Of a DNA stretch of 18,164 bases, positions 8,464-16,601 are shown one piece after another. This DNA is from a virus (lineage: Duplodnaviria > Heunggongvirae > Uroviricota > Caudoviricetes), in IMG/VR virus record IMGVR_UViG_3300014886_000120, one strand, 5' to 3'. The position numbers and the translations under genes were made by a program. How positions within the stretch are numbered: position 1 is the first letter of the stretch; every line of letters starts with the position of its first letter. The notes below the pieces were generated by a model. The model made no database searches, was not told the DNA's origin, and worked only from the letters and a program-made list of their open reading frames with translations.

Positions 8464-8718
8464 CTAGGATATCAGCTTGCTTAGCTCTCTTACCGGATAT
8501 CTCTGCCTCCTTATCTTCTTTAGTAGCTCCATATCATAGTTCTTCTTTATGTAACGTTCTCTGGCTACATGATAGGCTACATCTATTGAGGAATAGTACC
8601 TAAGCTCTTCTTCAGTAAGCAGCTCTTTGCATATCATTATCTCCCTACGTCTCCTGTCCGATAAGCCCTCAATATAGTCCTGATCTTTAAGCTTGTCAAA
8701 CAAGCTTCTAAACTTCAT
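8464..8718 (-). CDS. Hypothetical protein (84 aa, charged)
   Basis: ATG start overlapping the deaminase stop, co-oriented, fills the gap; no recognisable motif. Confidence 0.65.
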   Translation of the reverse strand: MKFRSLFDKLKDQDYIEGLSDRRRREIMICKELLTEEELRYYSSIDVAYHVARERYIKKNYDMELLKKIRRQRYPVRELSKLIS

Positions 8719-9121
8719 TCTTATACCACCTGTTTCTGGGGAAGGGCATCGGATATAGCTCTTTCAGTGTAGCTTCAAACCTTATGTTGCCTTTCTGGTC
8801 TACTACTGTAATAAGCAAGTCTGGACTGGTAAACTCCCATAGGTACTGTCTACATGATGCACATGCCGGATAGATGTTTGTTTGTTTCTCATTGAATGAA
8901 TAGACTATGACTATACCTAAGAAGTCTGATGGATCTACATCAGCATCCAGAGCTTTAATGAGAGCTACTTCTTCAGCATGAAAGCCCTTGTGTATCTTGT
9001 TCTCAATGTTAAACCCAGTAAAGAGCCTATCCTTAGTATAAAGACAAGCCCCTACTCTGGATCTGAATGTGATGGCCCTCTCCATGGCTTTTATAGCTTC
9101 CCTTATTGCAGCTTTCTTCAA
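8708..9121 (-). CDS. cdd: Cytidine/deoxycytidine deaminase family protein
   Basis: RVGACL, GFNIEN, HAEE and PACASCRQ Zn motifs. Start moved to TTG 9121 (TTGA overlap with the NDT-like stop), giving about 137 aa. Confidence 0.85.
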   Translation of the reverse strand: MKKAAIREAIKAMERAITFRSRVGACLYTKDRLFTGFNIENKIHKGFHAEEVALIKALDADVDPSDFLGIVIVYSFNEKQTNIYPACASCRQYLWEFTSPDLLITVVDQKGNIRFEATLKELYPMPFPRNRWYKNEV

Positions 9122-9579
9122 AGCAGTTCCCTCTTGAGCTTCAATATGCCTCTTTCCAGTCCCTTCAGTGTCTTGTATATCCTTCCAAAATACAATAGCC
9201 ATGGATGAGCTTCCATTACTGAGTATATTAGTGAAGGCTGGTATATCAGGACTGGTTTCTTGAGTACATGTGAGGTATAGAATATCTCCATTGCACACCC
9301 TATTGAAGGATACGGCACAATAGCTACGGTGCCATCACATTGCTGGATAGCTATCATGTCCGTCTCTACTACTTTCCTATAGTACTTTCTTAGAAACCTT
9401 GAGTATTCAGATGGAGAGCTAGCTTTTGAGTTGTACTCGTTGATCCATTTGGACTCCCATCCGTCATAGAAGGGATTGTGCATTACCACATCAAGCTTCT
9501 TTTCTATCCCTATCTCCCATTCCCTTACCTTTATACGTTCAGGGAAGGGATGGGAAAGGTAGAGCTTAAGCCTCCTCAA
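9118..9579 (-). CDS. Nucleoside 2-deoxyribosyltransferase / dNMP N-glycosidase (NDT/DNPH1/MilB-like)
   Basis: LYLSHPF, HNPF, DMIAIQQCDGTVA, SIGCAMEIFY, LKKPV; TTG start after GGGGTGA. Confidence 0.75.
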   Translation of the reverse strand: MRRLKLYLSHPFPERIKVREWEIGIEKKLDVVMHNPFYDGWESKWINEYNSKASSPSEYSRFLRKYYRKVVETDMIAIQQCDGTVAIVPYPSIGCAMEIFYTSHVLKKPVLIYQPSLIYSVMEAHPWLLYFGRIYKTLKGLERGILKLKRELL

Positions 9580-9594
9580 AGCTCACCCCTTCAT

Positions 9595-10806
9595 CTATCC
9601 AGTCTCATATAGATTGAAGTGCTGCCTCAATATTTCAGCATAGTACCTCATGTTCTTGTACTCTAGAGCTGGATCTGAAAGCTCAGCTTTTACCACTTCA
9701 TATCCTGGCCTTATAGGTATAACAGAGCCTTCATGCCTGCTGCATAGCAACAGAAGTATACCGGTAGGTCTCTGGTGTATGCTCCCATGCCATTTCTGGA
9801 ATCCTCCAGTCTCACTTATCTTTATGCCTTCGAGCTCCAGCTCTGGTGTGAGCCAGTGACAGTGTGCAGTGACTATCCGTTCAACTATCAGTCCCTCTCT
9901 GGAATACTCACTAATGGTCTTCCATAAATCTCTAATTAGCTGGTAAGAGACAGGATAGTAGCTTGATCCTCCATATCCATGAGTGAACATTACATTGTAG
10001 TGCCCAATAGGCTCAGCTATGTCAAGTAGCAGATGTTTGCTTGAGTATTTAGCTTTGCTCCCAAGGCATTTCTTGAGGTACAACATAAAGTTTGATTCTT
10101 GACTTTCATGGGTACCCTTTATCAAATAAATACTGGAGACATCTATGCCCTCTTCCTTTATAGACTCTAAGGTCTTCTTCAACACTCTTTCAGCTAAGAA
10201 GACCTGCCAGTGTCCCCTCTGTACCAGGTTCTCAAATATCTGGTACTTGTATACGTCTTTACCAGAAACTATGTCTCCATTACATACCAGGTTGAACCTG
10301 GCTATGTCATAGTTCTTCCTAAGGAATCTAAGCACTCTCTTAAGGTTGTTTATACAGCTCCAGTATGTCTCTGGTAAGTGTGTCTCATGTCCCAGATGCA
10401 AATCAGAAATCACTAAGGTTAGGACAATGTCCTTCTCCCTCTTTTCTAACAGCTCCAGAGGCAAAGGTACTACTATATCCTCTCTGGGAGTGAACTCGTA
10501 TCGTACTGGTTCAACAGTATCCTGTAATGACTTTATCAGGTCATCTAGTGTAAAGGTAGACTCTTCAGGTATAACAGACTCGTCAATCTCAATATTCCCC
10601 AAAGCATTGTTACTTCTCTTGTACAAGTTGGACACTGCAGCTGAAATGGTTCTCCTCTTTATACCAGCCTTCTTCATCCATGAAAGTATAGTTGTTTTGT
10701 TTACCCCAAGAAGCTCAGCTATTTCAGACAGAGACATGCCTCTGTTCCAGTATAGCTCATTTAATGTTTCAGCTAAATCTGGTTTCTTACTATCTCTACT
10801 TCCCAT
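9595..10806 (-). CDS. N-terminal HTH fused to a calcineurin-like metallophosphoesterase
   Basis: HTH: LYWNRGMSLSEIAELLGVNKTTILSWM. MPP motifs: ISDLHLGH, NGDIVSG, KGTHE, FTHG, AHCH. Confidence 0.8.
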   Translation of the reverse strand: MGSRDSKKPDLAETLNELYWNRGMSLSEIAELLGVNKTTILSWMKKAGIKRRTISAAVSNLYKRSNNALGNIEIDESVIPEESTFTLDDLIKSLQDTVEPVRYEFTPREDIVVPLPLELLEKREKDIVLTLVISDLHLGHETHLPETYWSCINNLKRVLRFLRKNYDIARFNLVCNGDIVSGKDVYKYQIFENLVQRGHWQVFLAERVLKKTLESIKEEGIDVSSIYLIKGTHESQESNFMLYLKKCLGSKAKYSSKHLLLDIAEPIGHYNVMFTHGYGGSSYYPVSYQLIRDLWKTISEYSREGLIVERIVTAHCHWLTPELELEGIKISETGGFQKWHGSIHQRPTGILLLLCSRHEGSVIPIRPGYEVVKAELSDPALEYKNMRYYAEILRQHFNLYETG

Positions 10807-10815
10807 ACAATCTAC

Positions 10816-11499
10816 CTACCTTATTACAACTTTATCCACATATTTTAATAAGCATTGCTTTATTTCCTCAAGCTCTTCCATGGTATAAGTTGTTTTGGTT
10901 CTGTAGCTTGGATTTAATGTCTTATTATTCCTAAACATCTGGAGTATATAAAGTTTAGCCCCTTTTAGCTCCTTCCCTATCTGGAGAATGTCTCTTACAG
11001 ACAGAAGCTCCTTTACCAGGGTGGTCCTGAATTCATAGCTGATGTCTGAATGGATTATTAGATCTTTGGACTTGGTAATGTTTACAGAATCTACTGGTGT
11101 ACCAGTTACTATGCTATATTTTGAGATGGGAGCTTTGTAGTCCATTGCTACATAGTCTATCAAGCTACAGTCCAATAGCTCCTTAAGCCTGTATGGAAAA
11201 GTACCATTAGTTTCTATCATGACTTTGTATCCAAGCTCCTTAACTAGGCTGCAGAAATACCCTATATCTCTGTGTATCAATGGTTCACCCCCAGTAATCA
11301 CTACACTTTCTAGCTTGCCAGTCCGTCTCTTAAGGAAGGAGATTACAGAGTCCACAGTTATGGATGGAGTAGCTCCCTTTACTAGCTCCGGATTCTGGCA
11401 ATACGGGCATCTTAGGTTACATCCTATGGTAAAGATTACAGCTGAGAAATAGCCTGGATATTCTATCATACTGAAGGGCAACAGTCTGGCTATCCTCAA
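10816..11499 (-). CDS. nrdG: Anaerobic ribonucleoside-triphosphate reductase activating protein (radical SAM)
   Basis: SMIEYPG...GCNLRCPYCQN, VVITGGEP, ETNG, YEFRTT. TTG 11499 preferred over GTG 11508 because GGGGTGA then acts as the SD. Confidence 0.9.
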   Translation of the reverse strand: MRIARLLPFSMIEYPGYFSAVIFTIGCNLRCPYCQNPELVKGATPSITVDSVISFLKRRTGKLESVVITGGEPLIHRDIGYFCSLVKELGYKVMIETNGTFPYRLKELLDCSLIDYVAMDYKAPISKYSIVTGTPVDSVNITKSKDLIIHSDISYEFRTTLVKELLSVRDILQIGKELKGAKLYILQMFRNNKTLNPSYRTKTTYTMEELEEIKQCLLKYVDKVVIR

Positions 11500-11510
11500 A
11501 TGGTTCACCC

Positions 11511-11822
11511 CTATAGCATTTCCATTATCAAGAACTTCATAAGATCTAGGCCTGTGGTGATGCTTCTACTTGATTTTCCCTTAATTATACTAACCTTGAG
11601 TGTCCCATTTGACGAGACAAACAGTGTCATCTCCACATTGTCTCCAGCCTTTAAGCTATTAGCTATCCCAGATGGTGCATAGCCCCTGACTATCTTGACA
11701 TACCCATTGTTCTTTCTTCCTATACCAACATGGAAGACTTTCCTGTGCTTCCCAAGTATTGTTCCCACAGTTGATATAACCTTCAATGTGAGTTCCCTTC
11801 CCTTAGCTCCAGATACACACAA
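11511..11822 (-). CDS. Hypothetical basic protein (103 aa)
   Basis: Co-oriented ORF filling the PHP-nrdG gap; start uncertain; no motif recognised. Confidence 0.6.
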   Translation of the reverse strand: MCVSGAKGRELTLKVISTVGTILGKHRKVFHVGIGRKNNGYVKIVRGYAPSGIANSLKAGDNVEMTLFVSSNGTLKVSIIKGKSSRSITTGLDLMKFLIMEML

Positions 11823-11840
11823 ACTTCACTAAGCTATATC

Positions 11841-12404
11841 CTAGAGATTGGCTGTTCCTTTTATGGTGAACCTCCCTTTCTTGAGGTTCTCTATTACCTC
11901 TTCTTTGGTGAACTCGTCTAGCTCCATTTCTATCCAGTTCTTCCCTATCATGCTAGCTGAGTGTGTATCATCCACACCATACCTTATGACACCAGGTATC
12001 TCTCCATTGAACTGTCTCTGCCCTCTGTTGCATACCTCAGCTCCGTCTAGCTTGTAGCTTCTGCATATCTCTCGTATCTGGTCATTAGTCAGAGACCATC
12101 TTCCAGGATGAGCTAGCCAGTCCACAGATGCAAGATCAAGCCTATCTCTCCAGTCCAAGCTCCTACCATTCCTTTCCAGAGGTAGGTCTAGCTTGATGAT
12201 ATGGTACCTGAACGTCCATTCTACTCCATTTATGAATATGATATCATCCGGTATCTGTAGCTCATGGGGTAGAGTCCAAGTGTTATGATCAGTGATAGCT
12301 ATAACTTTGAAGCCCCAGCTCTTTAAGGTGTAGAGTAGCTCGTGTGGGCTAAGGTGTCCATCACTAAGAATGGTGTGGTTATGTAGGGAACACTTAACTA
12401 TCAT
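11841..12404 (-). CDS. PHP-family metal-dependent phosphoesterase
   Basis: HNHTILSDG, ITDHN, GVEW, AHP, GVDDTH; SD AGGAGG. Confidence 0.88.
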   Translation of the reverse strand: MIVKCSLHNHTILSDGHLSPHELLYTLKSWGFKVIAITDHNTWTLPHELQIPDDIIFINGVEWTFRYHIIKLDLPLERNGRSLDWRDRLDLASVDWLAHPGRWSLTNDQIREICRSYKLDGAEVCNRGQRQFNGEIPGVIRYGVDDTHSASMIGKNWIEMELDEFTKEEVIENLKKGRFTIKGTANL

Positions 12405-12415
12405 CTCTTGTCCTC

Positions 12416-12739
12416 CTATAATTCTTCAGCTAGTCTCTTACCTATGCACTTCTCTGGCTCTCTACACTTCCACTTTCCGTTCTTGTAGTAATGGCCAATG
12501 GTAAGTTCCTCCAATGTGTCAAAGGAAAGAGTACTCTCACATGTTACAGGGAAACGTATTACTTCATCACCATACTTTAGGAGGTATAGAAAAGGTGTTT
12601 CACTTCCAACATGATATGGAGGTAAGACTACCTCGTCACTTATCTCAAAACAGCTACTGCATCTTTCTAGATCTGGGGAGCTATAGATTGTTAGGAACTT
12701 TCTACACTTCATACATTTGTCTCTTATATATTCCATCAA
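12416..12739 (-). CDS. Cys-rich, probably Zn-binding hypothetical protein
   Basis: CMKC...CSSC plus three more Cys; SD GGAGGG; start TTG 12739 or ATG 12736. Confidence 0.65.
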   Translation of the reverse strand: MMEYIRDKCMKCRKFLTIYSSPDLERCSSCFEISDEVVLPPYHVGSETPFLYLLKYGDEVIRFPVTCESTLSFDTLEELTIGHYYKNGKWKCREPEKCIGKRLAEEL

Positions 12740-12771
12740 TATCCCTCCATTACTTACTGGAACATGTCGAG

Positions 12772-14874
12772 CTATTCACTGGTTCCATATACTTTGAATA
12801 CCTTCCTCATTCTGTACTCAGCTTTCTTCCCCTTGTTCCATTGTGATACTGGCCTGAGGTATCCCACTATCCTGGAATAAACCTCTGTTTCCATGTTACA
12901 TTTAGGACATTTAGGTACTTCTCCATTGATATATCCATGTTCAGGACATATGCTGAAGGTGGGTGTAATAGTGAAGTACGGAAGTCTATATCCCTCACAT
13001 ATAGTTCTAACAAGCTTCTTAACCAACGTGTAATCATGGATTTGCTCTCCAATGAACAGGTGTAGTACGGTTCCTCCAGTGTACCTGGTCTGTATCTCAT
13101 CCTGAAGTTCAAGAGCTTCAAAGATGTCTTCAGTATAATTGACTGGCAGCTGAGTACTATTGGTATAGAATGGATCTTTAACCTTCTTCCCTATCCCATT
13201 GGCAAATATTGGATTCTTAAGCTTCTCCTTATCTAATAGAGCCAGCCTATAGCATGTACTTTCAGCTGGGGTAGCTTCTAGATTGTAGAGATTACCAGTC
13301 TCATTCTGGAACTCCAGTAGCCTCTCTCTCATAAAGTCCAGTACCTTAAGTGTGAACTTTATGCCTTCCTTTGTCCCAATATTGCATCCCATAAAGTTCA
13401 GCAAGCTCTCATTCATACCTACCAGTCCTATAGTACTGAAATGGTTCTTCCAGTACTTGTTAAACCTAGCTTTGATGTTCCTTAGATAGAACTTGGTGTA
13501 TGGATACAGTCCTTTCTCAGTGAAACGTTCAAGCACCTTTCTCTTAATCTCAAGACTGTTCTTAGCTAGCTCCATCAAGTGTGACAGCTTTTCAAAGTAT
13601 TCATTGTCGTCTTTAGCTAGGTACCCTATCCTAGGCATATTTATTGTTACCACTCCTATTGAACCGGTTAGGGCATTAGCTCCGAAGTATCCTCCCCCTT
13701 TCCTGTCTAGCTTGGAAGTATCCAGGCGTAGCCTACAACACATAGATCTGGCATCTTCAACCTTCATTTCACTGTTGATGAAGTTAGAGAAGTATGGAAT
13801 GCCATACTTAGCTGTGATCCTCCATAGTCCCTCAAGTATCTCATTGTCCCATTCCAGGTCTCTGGTTATGTTGTATGTCGGTATAGGAAAAGTGAACACT
13901 CTATGTAAAGCATCTCCCTCTTCCATAACCTCAAAGAAGGCTCTGTTGAACATGTCTATCTCATCCTGGAAGCTGTCATACACCTCATCAGTAAGGGAGC
14001 CATTCAGCAATACTGCCACATCATGGAAATAACTTGGAACCTTGAGAGCTAGAGTAACATTACTGAAAGGTGTCTCTCCTCCTACTCTGGTACTTACGTT
14101 CATGTTATAGACAAATTCCTGTAGACACTGTTTAACCTGTCTATAGGACAACCTGTCATGTCTGATGTATGGAGCTAGTAAAACATCTATATCGGAAACA
14201 GCCTGAGCCCCTGCGGCCTCTTGTTGCAAGCTGAAGAGGAAGTTTACTAACTGTCCAAGTGCTGTCCTGAAATGTTTAGGAGGTCTGGAAGCTATCTTCC
14301 CTGGAGGACCCCTGAAACCAGTAGCTAACAAATCATAGAGGTCCCATCCTACACAATAGACAGACAATAGGTTGAGAGTATGTATGTGGAAATCTCCAGA
14401 CTCATGAGCTTTCCTTATCTTTGGAGGATATATCTTGTTGAGCCAGTAGTTCCTGGTTATCTCTGTACTGACAAAATTGTTTAGTCCTTGTAGAGAGAAA
14501 GCTCTGTTTGCATTCTCCTTGACCTTCCAGTCGTTCTTGTTGAGATATGAATCTATTAGGTCAAGTGAAGTAAGCATGGTAGCTAGGTTCCTTAGCTCTT
14601 CATGTTGCTTCCTATACAGGATGTATGCCTTAGCTACTCTGGCCAGGTTCCTTTTTATCAGAACCTTCTCTACAGTATCCTGTATCTCCTCTACTGTTGG
14701 TACTCCATCCTCTCCATACTTCTTGTACAGCTTCCTGTGTACTTGTTCTCCCAGACTGTAAGCAAACTCCTTGCTCTGGTTACCTACCGACTGGCTGGCT
14801 TTCCATATGGCTTCCTGGATCCTTCTCTTATCATAAGGTTCAAGCTTACCGTTCCTCTTCCTTACATACTTCAA
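12772..14874 (-). CDS. nrdD: Class III anaerobic ribonucleoside-triphosphate reductase with N-terminal ATP cone
   Basis: ATP cone (VRKRNGKLEPYD), YCVGW, SMCCRL, EATPAES, YTGGTV, CPEHG...CPKC, glycyl-radical motif RIVGYL. Confidence 0.96.
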   Translation of the reverse strand: MKYVRKRNGKLEPYDKRRIQEAIWKASQSVGNQSKEFAYSLGEQVHRKLYKKYGEDGVPTVEEIQDTVEKVLIKRNLARVAKAYILYRKQHEELRNLATMLTSLDLIDSYLNKNDWKVKENANRAFSLQGLNNFVSTEITRNYWLNKIYPPKIRKAHESGDFHIHTLNLLSVYCVGWDLYDLLATGFRGPPGKIASRPPKHFRTALGQLVNFLFSLQQEAAGAQAVSDIDVLLAPYIRHDRLSYRQVKQCLQEFVYNMNVSTRVGGETPFSNVTLALKVPSYFHDVAVLLNGSLTDEVYDSFQDEIDMFNRAFFEVMEEGDALHRVFTFPIPTYNITRDLEWDNEILEGLWRITAKYGIPYFSNFINSEMKVEDARSMCCRLRLDTSKLDRKGGGYFGANALTGSIGVVTINMPRIGYLAKDDNEYFEKLSHLMELAKNSLEIKRKVLERFTEKGLYPYTKFYLRNIKARFNKYWKNHFSTIGLVGMNESLLNFMGCNIGTKEGIKFTLKVLDFMRERLLEFQNETGNLYNLEATPAESTCYRLALLDKEKLKNPIFANGIGKKVKDPFYTNSTQLPVNYTEDIFEALELQDEIQTRYTGGTVLHLFIGEQIHDYTLVKKLVRTICEGYRLPYFTITPTFSICPEHGYINGEVPKCPKCNMETEVYSRIVGYLRPVSQWNKGKKAEYRMRKVFKVYGTSE

Positions 14875-14910
14875 ATACAGCTCACATCTCCTTCAAAGCT
14901 ATAATCCAAG

Positions 14911-14927
14911 TATATCTCTCAGATATA
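14911..14927. repeat. Perfect 7-bp inverted repeat TATATCT-ctc-AGATATA in the portal-nrdD gap
   Basis: Read directly from the sequence; 37 nt upstream of the nrdD start. Function unknown. Confidence 0.5.
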
Positions 14928-14930
14928 GTT

Positions 14931-16331
14931 CTAAGACAGTTCTTCAGATACCCTTTCACTTACCTCTTCAGCTATGGTGTCTATATCAACATCGGACTTC
15001 GATTTAGGAGAAGAAGGTACTAGGTTAGAATCAGCTTCCCACTTCTTAAGCTCCCTGTCCAGATACTTGGTGGGCAGTCCTAGTTCTTGCCTTAGCTGTT
15101 TCTCAAGCTCTGGATCTCTTCTAATAAGATCCCGTCTTCCAAGTCTGGAAATCAGGTTTATCTTGTTCTCTAGAATATGTGGTACCCTTGTCCTGAAGAC
15201 TATCTTGGGTACCTCCTTAAGGGTCTTGACCATACCCCTGGCCTTCAACAGCCTGAACAGTAGCTTCTCTCTCACCTGTTCAGCCAGTCTGTCCTGCATG
15301 GCCATTATTCTCTGCTCAAAGTCTACCTCCATGCTCTCACTGGCTCTAGCTGTCACTCTGGAGAGAGGTATAAAGTGTCTAGTAACTGGGAACCCCATAC
15401 CAAGGCTCTGGACAGAAGCAAAGTACATTATGAGGTCTGTCCTGTCTCTAAGATCAGGGGTTGGGAACCTCTCTATCTTGACATAGCTTGGGAAAACAAA
15501 GATGGTCCTTGTAGTTACATTTTGTAAGTCCCTAGCTAGCTCTTTTAGCTTCTTTGTTGGTACTTCTCCAATGCCTTCCACATCAACATATCCTATGACA
15601 CCTCCAGCCCTGAATCCAGACTCACCAACATTGTCTTCCAGGTTAAGCCTGATAAGAGCCTGTTTATAGCAGCTTGCTAGGGGAGTCATCCCAAGGTATG
15701 AACCACCTATACTGAATAGCTTGAAGTGGGCTATCCTGTCCCTTCCATCCTCGTCAGCTCTCTGACGTTTCCATACTTCTTCACCAGCCACTATGATCTT
15801 GTCCCTTGTCCACATTATTTCTGCACCATGTGTTCCAGTTCTCTTTTTAACATAGCCTACGGGGTCTCCGTACTCATCAAGCTTCACATTGTTCGAGCTG
15901 TCCCTGATATAATCCATGTAGTTGGGGTTTAGTATCCTTAAGCTAGCTATGTCCCTTCCATCCTCAGTGTATCCGAGCTCAACCCATGCATTTCCTGAAC
16001 CTCCTACAAATATGTCCTTTATAACCTCCTCAAGTATACGTTTCAGCCTTACAGTGTCACACCACTCCTCACATATGTCAATGAGCTCTTGTTTACCCTT
16101 GAAATAGAATCCTGGAGCTACCACAAAGTCCACATAATCATACACTTCCCGTATCGTCAGTCCATCAGAGTATAATAGTTGTTCAAGCTGTTTGCTTGAC
16201 ACAGTAGACTTTATCCTCTCCTCCAGACTGGCCCACATTTTAGCTCTGGTCTTCATGGGGACAGAGTATGACATAGAGAGCTCCTCTGTTGAAGTACGAC
16301 GTTGAGGAGCTCTTCTACGGATTATCCTCAT
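14931..16331 (-). CDS. Phage portal protein
   Basis: 466 aa with portal-like segments in the expected order: GNAWVELGY...LRILNP, IAHFK...YLGMTPL, GMGFP, EQVREKLL...PKIVF, LRQELGLP; SD GAGGT. Confidence 0.75.
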   Translation of the reverse strand: MRIIRRRAPQRRTSTEELSMSYSVPMKTRAKMWASLEERIKSTVSSKQLEQLLYSDGLTIREVYDYVDFVVAPGFYFKGKQELIDICEEWCDTVRLKRILEEVIKDIFVGGSGNAWVELGYTEDGRDIASLRILNPNYMDYIRDSSNNVKLDEYGDPVGYVKKRTGTHGAEIMWTRDKIIVAGEEVWKRQRADEDGRDRIAHFKLFSIGGSYLGMTPLASCYKQALIRLNLEDNVGESGFRAGGVIGYVDVEGIGEVPTKKLKELARDLQNVTTRTIFVFPSYVKIERFPTPDLRDRTDLIMYFASVQSLGMGFPVTRHFIPLSRVTARASESMEVDFEQRIMAMQDRLAEQVREKLLFRLLKARGMVKTLKEVPKIVFRTRVPHILENKINLISRLGRRDLIRRDPELEKQLRQELGLPTKYLDRELKKWEADSNLVPSSPKSKSDVDIDTIAEEVSERVSEELS

Positions 16332-16342
16332 TTCTCTCTACC

Positions 16343-16561
16343 TCACTCTTTCGATAGCTTCAGTATCCCAGTTACTATAGCATCCGACAGTACAAGCTGG
16401 ACAAATGTGTCCTCAGAAATACTGCCCATGCCTCTCAGGAAGGCTAGCACCATGAAGATGATGAGGAATATCACTAGAGGGGCACTGGTTCTGCTTATTG
16501 CCTCCACAATCATATCAGCTTTTGTCTTCTCTACAATCTCTTCTTCAGACAAGCTTTTCAC
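16343..16561 (-). CDS. Small membrane protein (about 70 aa, one clear and one probable TM segment)
   Basis: Hydrophobic LVIFLIIFMVLAFL and FVQLVLSDAIVTGILKL; charged N-terminus; start GTG 16561 or TTG 16552. Confidence 0.7.
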   Translation of the reverse strand: MKSLSEEEIVEKTKADMIVEAISRTSAPLVIFLIIFMVLAFLRGMGSISEDTFVQLVLSDAIVTGILKLSKE

Positions 16562-16585
16562 CTCTCTAACATTTTATCTTACCAT

Positions 16586-16594
16586 TATATTTAA
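16586..16594 (-). promoter_or_regulatory. Archaeal TATA-like box (TTAAATATA) upstream of the membrane protein and portal genes
   Basis: In the AT-rich 40-nt gap about 25 nt upstream of the start; identical to the 8446-8454 motif. Confidence 0.55.
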
Positions 16595-16601
16595 ACATAT
16601 T

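Noticed and set aside
9122-9298. 59-codon N-terminal extension of the deaminase ORF
   Set aside because: It lies wholly inside the NDT-like gene; TTG 9121 gives a TTGA overlap and a family-typical length.
12867-13121. Alternative-frame minus-strand ORFs 12867-13121 and 16970-17233
   Set aside because: Nested in nrdD and in the protease/intein junction, with no motifs. The intein-extein junction is in frame, so no frameshift is needed.
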